A stretch of DNA of 64,000 bases. It comes from an uncultured Desulfarculus sp. Its GTDB lineage: Bacteria > Desulfobacterota > Desulfarculia > Desulfarculales > Desulfarculaceae. The stretch spans positions 384,001-448,000 of the forward strand of contig CAXXUK010000002.1 of NCBI GenBank assembly GCA_963665125.2, given 5' to 3'. Of this stretch, positions 19,096 through 28,401 are shown piece after piece. Below the pieces are notes generated by a model, which saw only the letters and a list, made by a program, of their open reading frames with translations, did no database searches and was not told where the DNA came from. Both the position numbers and the translations under genes were made by a program. Position 1 is the first letter of the stretch, and every line of letters begins with the position of its first letter.

Positions 19096-19503
19096 TTAGC
19101 CCGCGGGCCGGAACTTGGGCAGACTGCAATCCGGCGACACGTCGTCCCAGACGACCTCCACCGGCATGTCGCAGCGCAGGCCTGCCCTGTCACAGTCCAC
19201 GATGTTGCTCAATAGCATGGGCCCCTCGGCCAATTCAACGACAGCCACCGTATAGGGCAGCTCATCCTTGAATGCCGGGTGAAAGGCCTGGTGGTATACG
19301 GTGAAGGTGTAGACCGCTCCCATGCCCGTTGATTCGATCCAATGGCAGTCCTGGGAGTGGCACTGGGGGCAGATGACAGCCGCGGGCCAGCGCACGTGGC
19401 CGCAGTTGTTGCATTTCTGAAACACCAGCTTGTGCTGGCGGCATGCTTCCCAAAAAGGCCTGCTGTCGGCGTCCGGCGTGGGTATGGGCTTGTGCATGGC
19501 CAT
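19096..19503 (-). CDS. DUF35 family Zn-ribbon/OB-fold protein (ChsH2-like)
   Basis: SRPFWEAC, CNNC..CPQC, GAVYTFTV, PYTVAVVELAEGP, PKFRP; SD GGAGG before ATG at 19503. Confidence 0.9.
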   Translation of the reverse strand: MAMHKPIPTPDADSRPFWEACRQHKLVFQKCNNCGHVRWPAAVICPQCHSQDCHWIESTGMGAVYTFTVYHQAFHPAFKDELPYTVAVVELAEGPMLLSNIVDCDRAGLRCDMPVEVVWDDVSPDCSLPKFRPAG

Positions 19504-19505
19504 GA

Positions 19506-20669
19506 TCAGCCCCTCCTGAAGATGATGCATGAATGGGATTGCAGAATCGCGCCGTTGTCGCTGGCCAGGATGATCTCCGGCTCTTTGGTGTTGGTGCCCG
19601 GTCCGAGTTGCCGGTCGCCGCAGCGGCCCATCAGCTGCATAACGGCCTCGGAGATGGGGGTCAGGCCCATGAAATAGGCCTCGGAGAGCTGGCCGCCCGA
19701 GGTGTTGAGGGGCATGGCCCCGCCCGGCGCGGTGATCCCAGAGCCGAACCACTCTTCACCCCCGCCGTATTCAAAGAAACCATAGTCCTGCATGGTCAGT
19801 TCAATGGTGTAGGTGAAACAGTCGTAGATCTGGCAGGAGTCGATGTCCTTGGGGCCTACTCCGGCCATTGCAAACGCCGCCTCGCCGGCCTTCTTGGCCC
19901 CGCTGGGCCCGGCCATGTACCTGGCCTGGGCGATCTCGTTGGAAGGGTTGTGCTGGCCGACGCCCATGATCAGCACCGGCGGATGTTTCAGGTCCCTGGC
20001 CCGCTCGGCGGTGGTGACCACAATTGCCCGGCCTCCGTCGTTGATTTGGCAGCAGTCCAACGTGCGCAGCGGTTCGGCCACCATGGGAGAGGCGTAGTAC
20101 TGCTCCTGGGTCAGGGGCTTGCCGTGGGTTATGGCCGCCGGGTTGAGGCGCGCCCACTTGCGCTGGGCCATGGCGATGTGTTTCCAGGTCTCCGGGCCCG
20201 TGGAAAACTCGTGCATGCCCCTGGTGGCGGCCAGGGCGTAGCCGCCAACGGCCCCGAAAAGCCCGAAGGCAGTTTCATTGCCCGACACCTGGGCGAAAAG
20301 CTGCATGAAACCGCCACCCCACAGGCCGCTGTGGCCATAGGAGATGACCACGTATTTGCAGATGCCCGCCTCCAATACCCCCATGGCCTGGTGCAGCTGG
20401 CTGCGGGAGCAGTTGGCGTCCTGGGCCATGAAGACCGGTTCGATGCCCAGGCCCTGGGCCAATAATTGGGGCGTGGGGTCCGGCTCGCCGGGGCAGGCCG
20501 GGAAATGGCGGTAGGCGATGAGACCGTCGATATCTTCTTTTTTCAGGCCCGCGTCGGCTATGGCCTTGGCCGAGGCTTCCAGGTGAAAACTCATGGACGT
20601 GCGGTCCGGTATCTTTCCCTGGGGCGTATAACCCACACCCACCACGGCGAATTTGTCTTGCCAACTCAC
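19506..20669 (-). CDS. SCP2-type thiolase-fold protein (Ltp2-like aldolase)
   Basis: AVVGVGYT, LDCCQINDGG, IYDCFT, NTSGGQLSEAY; GTG start at 20669 with SD GGAGG. Confidence 0.85.
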   Translation of the reverse strand: MSWQDKFAVVGVGYTPQGKIPDRTSMSFHLEASAKAIADAGLKKEDIDGLIAYRHFPACPGEPDPTPQLLAQGLGIEPVFMAQDANCSRSQLHQAMGVLEAGICKYVVISYGHSGLWGGGFMQLFAQVSGNETAFGLFGAVGGYALAATRGMHEFSTGPETWKHIAMAQRKWARLNPAAITHGKPLTQEQYYASPMVAEPLRTLDCCQINDGGRAIVVTTAERARDLKHPPVLIMGVGQHNPSNEIAQARYMAGPSGAKKAGEAAFAMAGVGPKDIDSCQIYDCFTYTIELTMQDYGFFEYGGGEEWFGSGITAPGGAMPLNTSGGQLSEAYFMGLTPISEAVMQLMGRCGDRQLGPGTNTKEPEIILASDNGAILQSHSCIIFRRG

Positions 20670-20788
20670 GAGATGTCCTCCCAAGCCGCTTGTTGGGTTC
20701 ACGATAGACGATTGCCCATGATATCGGTTCGGCATTCAAAAGGGAATGACCAAATGAATTAGGTTCAGCCTGATGGCGATCCGGTGGT

Positions 20789-22507
20789 TTAACGCCCGGG
20801 CAGGCCGGCCACGTCGCCGATGGGCAGGCCCAGGTCCAGGGCCCGCAGGGCCCGCCTGAGGAGCTTGCCTTCCTTGTTGCGGGGCAGCCGGTCCAATATC
20901 TCCAGCCCGGAAAGAGGCCCGTCGGGCGAGACGTTTAAGGCCAGCATGCCCAGCAGTTCCCGGCGGGTTGCGTCGCCGCCGTTTTCGCCGGGTTGCAGGG
21001 CCACGAACGCCTTGAGGGCCGGTTGGCCGTCGCTCATCAGACTGGCCACGGCGGCGGCTTCGGCCACCCTGGAGTCGTTGGCCAGGGCGTGTTCTATCTC
21101 AAAAGGCCCCACCATGCGGCCCTGGCCCCGGATCAGATCGTCCTGGCGGCCCTGGAGGTAGAGATAACCGTCCTCGTCGTATACGGCCATGTCGCCGGTT
21201 TGCAGCCAGCGTCCGTCGTAGAGTTGAAGCCTGGGCGGCTGGTCTTCGCCAAGGTAACCTTGGCTCATGGACGGCCAGCCGGTCTTTAGCGACAGCTCGC
21301 CCACGGTTAAAAGGTGCTGGGGCCGTCCAAGGCCGTCCAGAACCCTGGCCTCCACGCCCGGCACGGGCCTGCCGATGGAGCCCAGCTTGATGTCGGTGGC
21401 CGGCAGATTGGCCACGCAGATCATGCCGGTCTCCACGGTCCACCACGTCTCGTGGGGCGCCCGGCCAAAGTTGTTGCGCACCCAGAAAAACTGCTCCATG
21501 TCCAGGCGCTGGCCCACGGTGGCAATGTGTTCCAGGCTGGAGAAGTCCTTGGCACCGTCGGGATCGTCGCCCTGGGCCATTAGGCCCCGGATCATCAGGG
21601 GCGCGGTGTACCAGGTTGTGATGTTGTGTCTGAGCAGGATCTCCCGGCGGCGTTGGGGGGAAATTTCGCTGGTGGCCAGCAGGCTGCAAGCCCCGCAGAG
21701 CAAGGCCCCCCAGACGCCGTAGGTAAAGAAAACCGCGCCCGAAGGGTGGCTGTCGGCCCAGAAAACCGAATCCGGCCCCAGGTTGAGAACCCACTCGGCG
21801 GTCATCAAATGGCCGATCATGGCCTCGTGGCTGGTGGCGGCCAGGCGCGGCGGGCCTTCGGGGCTCTCGGCGTGGGACAGTTGCATCGTATCGCCGGGTT
21901 CCAGCCAAACCGGTTCCCGCTGGTTGTCCATATGGGGCAACAGGTCAACGGCCAGGCTCTGGCGGGCGGTGCGTCCGGTGGCCGGGGCCGAGATATACAC
22001 GGAGGAACAGTCGCGGGGCAGGTTTTTCCAGACAGCGGCCGGGGCCTGGGCCGTGGTGACCACCACGTCTGGTTGCAGGCGGTTCAGCAGGACCTTGTAC
22101 GCCGCATTGGAAAGGCCGGGGCGCAAGTGGCAATAAACCGCGCCCAGCCTGGCGGCGGCCAGTTGGACCCAGATGGTCTCCGGATTGGGCTCCAGGAGCG
22201 TCAGCACCCGGCCGCCCCGCCGCAGACCGGCGTGCTCCAGGAGGTTGGCCCAGCGGCAGCTTTGCCGGGAGGCCTCGCGAAAGCTGAAACGCTCGATTAT
22301 GCCGCCGTGGTCCCAGATCAGGGCCGTGCGGAATGCGTGTTCTTCGGAAAGGGCCCAGCGGTCCACGGCCTCGTGGACGATGTTGAGCTTGCCCGTCTCG
22401 AACCAACTGAAACGGCTGTGGGCCTGATCCCAGGTAAATTCGTTTACCGTCCGGCCATAGTCGGCCAGTCTGGCCTTTATGCGGTCGCCTCTGATCTTTG
22501 GTTGCAT
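20789..22507 (-). CDS. Acetyl-CoA synthetase (AcsA)-like AMP-binding protein with degenerate P-loop
   Basis: LNIVHEAVDR, WYTAP, TWWTVETG, GSIGRPVPG, GWPSM, TGD, GRQDD, GPFEIE, LPRNKEGKLLRR. Confidence 0.8.
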   Translation of the reverse strand: MQPKIRGDRIKARLADYGRTVNEFTWDQAHSRFSWFETGKLNIVHEAVDRWALSEEHAFRTALIWDHGGIIERFSFREASRQSCRWANLLEHAGLRRGGRVLTLLEPNPETIWVQLAAARLGAVYCHLRPGLSNAAYKVLLNRLQPDVVVTTAQAPAAVWKNLPRDCSSVYISAPATGRTARQSLAVDLLPHMDNQREPVWLEPGDTMQLSHAESPEGPPRLAATSHEAMIGHLMTAEWVLNLGPDSVFWADSHPSGAVFFTYGVWGALLCGACSLLATSEISPQRRREILLRHNITTWYTAPLMIRGLMAQGDDPDGAKDFSSLEHIATVGQRLDMEQFFWVRNNFGRAPHETWWTVETGMICVANLPATDIKLGSIGRPVPGVEARVLDGLGRPQHLLTVGELSLKTGWPSMSQGYLGEDQPPRLQLYDGRWLQTGDMAVYDEDGYLYLQGRQDDLIRGQGRMVGPFEIEHALANDSRVAEAAAVASLMSDGQPALKAFVALQPGENGGDATRRELLGMLALNVSPDGPLSGLEILDRLPRNKEGKLLRRALRALDLGLPIGDVAGLPGR

Positions 22508-22742
22508 GCCGGTGATATCTTCCGCGTTGCCCAGGGCCTCCTGCCCCCGGCAACGCCGACTTTGGCAATAGCGCCGCTTTGTCAAAGCCCCGTGAAACAC
22601 GGTCCCTTCGGGGGCGTGTTCCGGCGGGCCGCAGGTGAGTATCCCCCCGGGTCCGCGCAACGTTTACGGATATTCAACCCAGTAAATCAGCCATCCGTTC
22701 AAGTCATCCAATAACCATGATCGTATTCCATCCCGCTAAAAC

Positions 22743-23774
22743 TCAATCCGTCCACAGGCCGTAGCCGAAATGGGTCTTGCGCAGCCTGGCCACCAGGCTG
22801 TCGGCCCTTTCGCTTTTCACCGACCAAATTCGGCCGCCGTGGCCGTCGTCGATAAAGGCGCTCAAGACCTGGCGGATGCATTTGACCAGGACATCGGGCT
22901 CGTAGCCGCCTTCCAGGACCAGGAGCAGGGGTATGCCGTTGTGGGGCCCCAGGGTGGCCAACAGCTGGGTCAGGCCGCCGTAGGCCGCGTCTGTGAGCCT
23001 GGTGGCGCCGATGGGGTCCTGGTAGTGGGCGTCGAACCCGGCGGCCACGATGATCATTTCCGGGGCGAACTCCTCCACCAGCGGTGTGATCACCTGGCGG
23101 TAAAGGCTCATGATGTCTCCGTCGCCAAAGCGGGGCTCAATGGGCATGTTGATGGTGTGGCCCGCGCCGGGGCCCACCCCGGTCTCGCCTATATGGCCGG
23201 TGAATGGATAGGCGTTTTCCAGGTGCGACGAGACATAAAAGACGGAATCGTCGGCATAAAACAAATTCTGCAAGGCATTGCCGTGGTGAACGTCCCAGTC
23301 GACGATCAGCACCCGCCTGAGGCCCATACGCCGGGCGTGGCGGGCGGCTATGCCCACGTTGTTGAAGACGCAGAAGCCGCCGGCCCTGTCGATGAGGGCG
23401 TGGTGCCCCGGCGGGCGGCACAAGACCATGCTGACTTCGCATATTCCCGTCACGAGGTCTTCCACGGCCTCGACGCAGCCCCCGGCGGCGAGCCAGGCGG
23501 CCAGACAGGTGTCGGCGCAGGCGATGGTGTCCGGGGCCAGGTGGGTCAGGCGCTGGCGGGCCGTGGCCAGGATGGTGCGCACATAGGCCGGTGTGTGCAC
23601 CCGCTCCAATTGTTCCAGGGTGACAGGACGGGCGTGTTTTTCGGCAAACTCCACCGTGAAGTCCCAGTCCAGCATGCGGTAGACCGCGCTGAGACGGTTT
23701 GGGCTCTCCGGATGGCGCATGCCTGTCTTATGGCGCATGAATCTGTCATCACGTATGATTTGAACTTGCAGCAT
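22743..23774 (-). CDS. Zn-dependent (histone deacetylase family) deacetylase
   Basis: HPESPNRL, RPPGHHA, GGFCVFNN, DWDVHHGN, GFDAH, LEGGY; SD GGAGG before ATG at 23774. Confidence 0.93.
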   Translation of the reverse strand: MLQVQIIRDDRFMRHKTGMRHPESPNRLSAVYRMLDWDFTVEFAEKHARPVTLEQLERVHTPAYVRTILATARQRLTHLAPDTIACADTCLAAWLAAGGCVEAVEDLVTGICEVSMVLCRPPGHHALIDRAGGFCVFNNVGIAARHARRMGLRRVLIVDWDVHHGNALQNLFYADDSVFYVSSHLENAYPFTGHIGETGVGPGAGHTINMPIEPRFGDGDIMSLYRQVITPLVEEFAPEMIIVAAGFDAHYQDPIGATRLTDAAYGGLTQLLATLGPHNGIPLLLVLEGGYEPDVLVKCIRQVLSAFIDDGHGGRIWSVKSERADSLVARLRKTHFGYGLWTD

Positions 23775-23878
23775 AGCGATGCCGACGCCTCCTGCAATGA
23801 TGTGCAATAAGATGGTGACACATGGCGGGCCCCCAGCGCAAGCTCTGGCGAACATCGGGCGGCAATCGCAGCCCCGCC

Positions 23879-23907
23879 TTGACATATCCACCCGATAGGT
23901 ATAAGTT
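23879..23907 (+). promoter_or_regulatory. Putative sigma70 promoter of the ClC gene
   Basis: TTGACA, 17 bp spacer, TAAGTT. Confidence 0.45.
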
Positions 23908-23949
23908 CACACGCTGGTTCATCAGTGTCGAATCCAGGGAGTATCCCCC

Positions 23950-25770
23950 TTGAACAGCCCGGAAAAAAACAAACCCAGCAATGAGGCGGAATCAGGCGTC
24001 GGCCTGATGGAGTTTGCCCGGCGCAAGGCGGCCAGGCGCATCCTGATCTCCGTTTTCATCGGCGTGGTCACGGGCCTGGGGGCAATGGCCTTTTTCTTCT
24101 GCCTGGAGTGGGGCCGCTGGTTTTTCCTGGGTTATCTGTCCGGGGGCACCTTCCCCGCGCCTGACGGAGAGCGCCTGGCCCATTTGGCCGTGACAACGCC
24201 CTACCGTCCCTGGCTGCTGATGCTGATGCCTGCCTTGGGCGGGCTTGTATCCGGCCTGTTGGTCTATACATTCGCCCCGGAGACCGAAGGCGACGGCACC
24301 AACGCCATGATCGACTCCTTTCACAACCTGGGAGGCATAGTGCGGCCCAGGGTGCCCTTCATCAAGGGTATCGCCTCGGTCATCACCATTGCCACCGGCG
24401 GCTCGGCGGGCCGTGAAGGGCCCATCTCCCAGATCGGCGCGGGATTCGGCTCCTGGCTGGCCCAAGCCACGAAAATGTCCGTGTCCGAACGGCGCATGTA
24501 CATGCTGGCCGGCTGCGCCGCCGGCCTGGGGGCCATATTCCGGGCACCTCTTGGCGCGGCAATCACCAGCGTCGAGGTTCTCTACAGCGAGGACTTCGAG
24601 ACCGACGCCATCATCCCCAGCATCATCGCCTCGGTCATCTCATATAGCATGTTCACCTTTGTTTTCGGGTTCGAGCCCATCTTCGGCACTCCGGCCTTTG
24701 CCTTCCGCGACGCCAGGGAGCTGGCCGTCTACGCCGTCCTGGGCCTGATCTGTGCGCCGTTCGGCACTTTTTACGTAAGGACGTATTTCGGCACCCGCGA
24801 CCTGTTCCGCAAGTGGGCCATTCCCCGCTACCTCAAGCCCGTGATCGGCGGGCTGGGCGTGGGCCTCATAGGCCTGGCCATTCCCCAGGCCATGGGCGGC
24901 GGCTACGGCTTTTTGCAACTGGCCGTCTACGGCCAACTGGGCCTGGGGGTGATGTGCCTGGCCGCGGTGTTCAAGGTGGCCACCACAAGCCTGACCATCG
25001 GCAGCGGTGGCTCGGGCGGCCTGTTCGGCCCCACGCTTTTCATCGGCGGCATGATCGGCGGCGTGGTGGGCCACGTGGGCCAGATGCTCATGCCCGACAT
25101 CGTCACCCAGCCCGGCGCCTATGTGCTGGTGGGCATGGCGGCGTTTTTCGCCGGGGCGGCCAAGGCCCCCGTGGGCGCGCTGATCATGGTCACGGAAATG
25201 GCCGCCAGCTACAGCCTGCTGCCGCCGCTGATGATCGTCAGCGTCATCGCCATCCTGTTCAACAAGGGCAGCAGCATTTACGAAAAGCAGCTCAGGAACA
25301 AGTTCCAGTCTCCGGCCCACGAGGGCGAGATGACCGTCAACGTCATGGAAGACCTCACGGTGGAAGACGTCTTCCTGCCCGACCAGCCCGTGATCACCCT
25401 GCAGGCTAATAACACCTTCGCCCAATTGCAGAACTGCATATCCTGCTGCAACCAGTCGCTGTTCCCGGTGCTGGACAACGCCGGCCGTCTTACCGGCGTT
25501 TTGCCGGTGACCAATGTGCGAAAGGTCTTGTTCGAGGATTCCCTGCGCGATTTGGTGGTGGTGGCTGAATTGGCCTCGCCGCCGGTGAGCCTAAGCCCCG
25601 ACACCAACCTATACGACGCCCTGATCGCCTTTTTGGACTGCGGCTACAGCCAGATGCCCGTGGTCGCCTATGAAGAAGGCCGCCAGAAACTCTTGGGCCT
25701 TTTGAATCACGAGGATGTGATCAGCGCCTACCACGCCGAGGTCTCCCGCCGCCAAAACGCCGGAGAATAA
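23950..25770 (+). CDS. ClC chloride channel/transporter with C-terminal CBS pair
   Basis: GGSAGREGP, IFRAPLGA, GSGGSGGLFGP, SIY; two CBS-like repeats. Confidence 0.93.
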   Translation: MNSPEKNKPSNEAESGVGLMEFARRKAARRILISVFIGVVTGLGAMAFFFCLEWGRWFFLGYLSGGTFPAPDGERLAHLAVTTPYRPWLLMLMPALGGLVSGLLVYTFAPETEGDGTNAMIDSFHNLGGIVRPRVPFIKGIASVITIATGGSAGREGPISQIGAGFGSWLAQATKMSVSERRMYMLAGCAAGLGAIFRAPLGAAITSVEVLYSEDFETDAIIPSIIASVISYSMFTFVFGFEPIFGTPAFAFRDARELAVYAVLGLICAPFGTFYVRTYFGTRDLFRKWAIPRYLKPVIGGLGVGLIGLAIPQAMGGGYGFLQLAVYGQLGLGVMCLAAVFKVATTSLTIGSGGSGGLFGPTLFIGGMIGGVVGHVGQMLMPDIVTQPGAYVLVGMAAFFAGAAKAPVGALIMVTEMAASYSLLPPLMIVSVIAILFNKGSSIYEKQLRNKFQSPAHEGEMTVNVMEDLTVEDVFLPDQPVITLQANNTFAQLQNCISCCNQSLFPVLDNAGRLTGVLPVTNVRKVLFEDSLRDLVVVAELASPPVSLSPDTNLYDALIAFLDCGYSQMPVVAYEEGRQKLLGLLNHEDVISAYHAEVSRRQNAGE

Positions 25771-26000
25771 CCCGGTGCTCAGGCCCCAAAACTGAGTTTG
25801 GGTTCAGTGAGGGATTAGGCGGTAAAGGCCCGGCCATATGTCGCCTGTTCGGCCCTTGATAAGCATAAAAATTTTCCGTCTTCGCGCCCTTTTTAGCGGG
25901 AAGCTGCGCTTAAACGGCTGCCGGCGGCGCTGCCCATGGCTTGGCGGCGCCGCCGACAAATTACGTGAAAGCCAAAAGGCCGTTGTTTGCCTGGAATTTT

Positions 26001-26663
26001 TTATTCCTCTTTGGGCTCACCCTGGGCCAGCCGCCGGGCCGCGCCGTTGTAGGCGTCGGATATTATCCGGCCGCTGATCTGGCGCATGGCCTCGCTCATG
26101 GCCGCCGCGATATTGCCCCCCTTTTCGCCGCCCATGGGGCTGGAGGAGTTGTAGCGCTTTTGGTACACGACGCGCTTGGGCAACCGGGCGTAGGCCGTAT
26201 CGATCAGGGTTATCAACAGCTCCAACTGGGCGCTGTTTCCGCCGACTTCATTGGCCAAAAACTGTTCCACGCTGCCCATGAGCCTGAAGCGGGTCACCGG
26301 CCCCTGGTCTTCGGGCAAAATCACATCGAAGACACCAGCGGCCCGGAAATCACGCACAAGGTAATCGTAGACCATCTGAGCCGGGGGCACCCGCCAGCGG
26401 GCGTAATTGAACTCGGCCCTTTCATAATCCTTGGAGCGGTAGACCATGGCCGTATCGGTATAGCCCGCCGTGGCCGTAAAGTCGTTCATGTTCAAACCGG
26501 CGTTAAGCTTGGGGCCCTCCGGCGGCGCGGGGGGCTGGTATTCCAGCATGAATTCATGCACCGTTACATTGGGGCTCTTCATGCAACCGGTGGCCACTAC
26601 ACAGGCCAACATCAGCAGGGCGGCGGCGAACTTTTGGGGCATGTTTAACTGCATTGTCATCAC
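26001..26663 (-). CDS. ABC-type transport auxiliary lipoprotein (PqiC-like)
   Basis: Lipobox VATGC, YARWRVPPAQM; last gene of the mla-type operon. Confidence 0.8.
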   Translation of the reverse strand: MMTMQLNMPQKFAAALLMLACVVATGCMKSPNVTVHEFMLEYQPPAPPEGPKLNAGLNMNDFTATAGYTDTAMVYRSKDYERAEFNYARWRVPPAQMVYDYLVRDFRAAGVFDVILPEDQGPVTRFRLMGSVEQFLANEVGGNSAQLELLITLIDTAYARLPKRVVYQKRYNSSSPMGGEKGGNIAAAMSEAMRQISGRIISDAYNGAARRLAQGEPKEE

Positions 26664-26668
26664 TCCGG

Positions 26669-27589
26669 TCAGCGCCCGGTGGGCGGATCGCTAAATATCA
26701 GGTCCGAGGGATTGCGTTCCAGGCGCATCAGCAGCCGGTCGAGACGCTCGGAACTGGACCGCAGGTTGGACATTGTGCGGCGCACCTGCAAAGCGATCTC
26801 AAGGGTCTGGTCCTTGAGGGTCGTCACGAATTCGCGGAACTGACGGGCCGTGCTTTGCAGCTTCATTTCGTCCAGGGCCTTACGGGCCTTGACCAGCAGG
26901 GCGTCGAAGTTTTGGGAGCCATGCTCAATGGAATCAAGGGCCGAGTTGATGCGACCGGTCTGGAATTCCATGAGGAAACTGCTGGTGATCGCTTCCAGGT
27001 TGGAAGCGGTCTTTTCCAGGTTGGAAAAGGATTTTTGCAGGGAGGCGTTTTCAACGATATTGCGGACCGCGGCCAGGGTCTCGGTGACGTCATCGCCCAT
27101 GCCCTCGAAATCAATGCGGTCGAGCTGCTTGGTGATGCGGTCGATGACGTTCATCAGTTTTTGCATCTCCGAGGGTTTGGAGGGGATGATCGGATATTCA
27201 GCGGCAAAATCCACCCTGGGGCTGCTTGCCTTGTCGCCGGGCTGTTGGCGGTTCATTTCAATGAAGACGATGCCGGTGATACCCACGCTCTGCAACTGGG
27301 CCACCATTTCATTGGACAGATCGCCCTCGAAGCCGACCTGCATCACCACCTCGATGAGCTTGAAATCCGGCGCCACCCGGATGTCGGTGACCCGGCCAAC
27401 GTTGACGCCCCGGTACTTGACCTTGGAATCGACTTGCAGGCCCTGGACTGATTCATCAAAAAACGACACATAGGTGGTGGCGCCCTTCATGTATTTGTTG
27501 GCCCCCATCCAGACCATGGTCACCACGATCAGGCCGATGGCGGCCAGGACAAAAAGCCCCAGCCTGACATTGGAAACATTGCTGCTCAT
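26669..27589 (-). CDS. mlaD: MlaD/MCE family protein
   Basis: N-terminal TM, FDESVQGL..DSKVKYRGVNVGRV, GITG, helical tail ending ERNPSDLIF. Confidence 0.9.
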   Translation of the reverse strand: MSSNVSNVRLGLFVLAAIGLIVVTMVWMGANKYMKGATTYVSFFDESVQGLQVDSKVKYRGVNVGRVTDIRVAPDFKLIEVVMQVGFEGDLSNEMVAQLQSVGITGIVFIEMNRQQPGDKASSPRVDFAAEYPIIPSKPSEMQKLMNVIDRITKQLDRIDFEGMGDDVTETLAAVRNIVENASLQKSFSNLEKTASNLEAITSSFLMEFQTGRINSALDSIEHGSQNFDALLVKARKALDEMKLQSTARQFREFVTTLKDQTLEIALQVRRTMSNLRSSSERLDRLLMRLERNPSDLIFSDPPTGR

Positions 27590-28392
27590 TGGGCAGACTC
27601 TCCCGCATCGCCGCCGGTGTGGCGGCCAAAAAAGTTGCGCACCAGAGGGGTGGGCGAATTGTCCTTCAACCAGTGGGGATCGCCTTCGGCGATGATGCCC
27701 TTGACCGACTTGTCCAGCATGATCACCCGGTGGGCAATGCTGAAAATCGAGGCCAACTCGTGACTGACAATGACCATTGTGGTGCCCAAGGCCTTGTTGA
27801 GTTTGATGATAAGTTCGTCCAGTTCGGCGCTGGTGATGGGGTCCAGACCGGCCGACGGTTCGTCGAAAAAAAGCACCAGCGGGTCCAGGGCCATGGCCCG
27901 GGCCAGGCCGGCGCGTTTTTTCATGCCTCCGGAAATCTCGGCCGGCAGGTGATTCTGGAAACCGGACAGACCAACCAGCGAAAGCTTCATGTTGGCCACC
28001 AGCCCCATTTCCCGCCGGGACAGCCGGGTGTAGTCCTCCATGGGCAACATCACGTTCTCGGCCAGGGTCATGGACCCTAAAAGCGCCCCGGACTGGAAAA
28101 GCATGCCCACATTGCGCCGCAGCTCGCGCATCTGCCGGCCGCTGGAGTTGTGAACATCAAGGCCGGTTATGCGCACGCTGCCGCCCTGAGGCTTGCGAAG
28201 GCCGATGATGTGGCGCAGCAGGGTGGTCTTGCCGCAGCCGCTGCCGCCCACCACCACGATGATCTCGCCGCGCTTTATCTGGAAGCTGACGTCCCTGAGC
28301 ACCTCCAGGGCGCCGAATTGCACCGAAAGGTTTTCCACCTCGATGATCGGTTCACCCGGACGGGGAATTGTTAGGCTCAGCTCCTGGTTCAC
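27586..28392 (-). CDS. mlaF: MlaF-type ABC ATPase
   Basis: GGSGCGKT, FQSGAL, ISGGMKKRAGLARAMALDP, DEPSAGLDP, SHE. Confidence 0.92.
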   Translation of the reverse strand: MNQELSLTIPRPGEPIIEVENLSVQFGALEVLRDVSFQIKRGEIIVVVGGSGCGKTTLLRHIIGLRKPQGGSVRITGLDVHNSSGRQMRELRRNVGMLFQSGALLGSMTLAENVMLPMEDYTRLSRREMGLVANMKLSLVGLSGFQNHLPAEISGGMKKRAGLARAMALDPLVLFFDEPSAGLDPITSAELDELIIKLNKALGTTMVIVSHELASIFSIAHRVIMLDKSVKGIIAEGDPHWLKDNSPTPLVRNFFGRHTGGDAGESAQ

Positions 28393-28401
28393 GGGCGGTC
28401 C

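Noticed and set aside
23890..23950. Fluoride riboswitch before the ClC gene
   Set aside because: The crcB core is absent, and the protein has GREGP rather than the CLC-F signature motifs.
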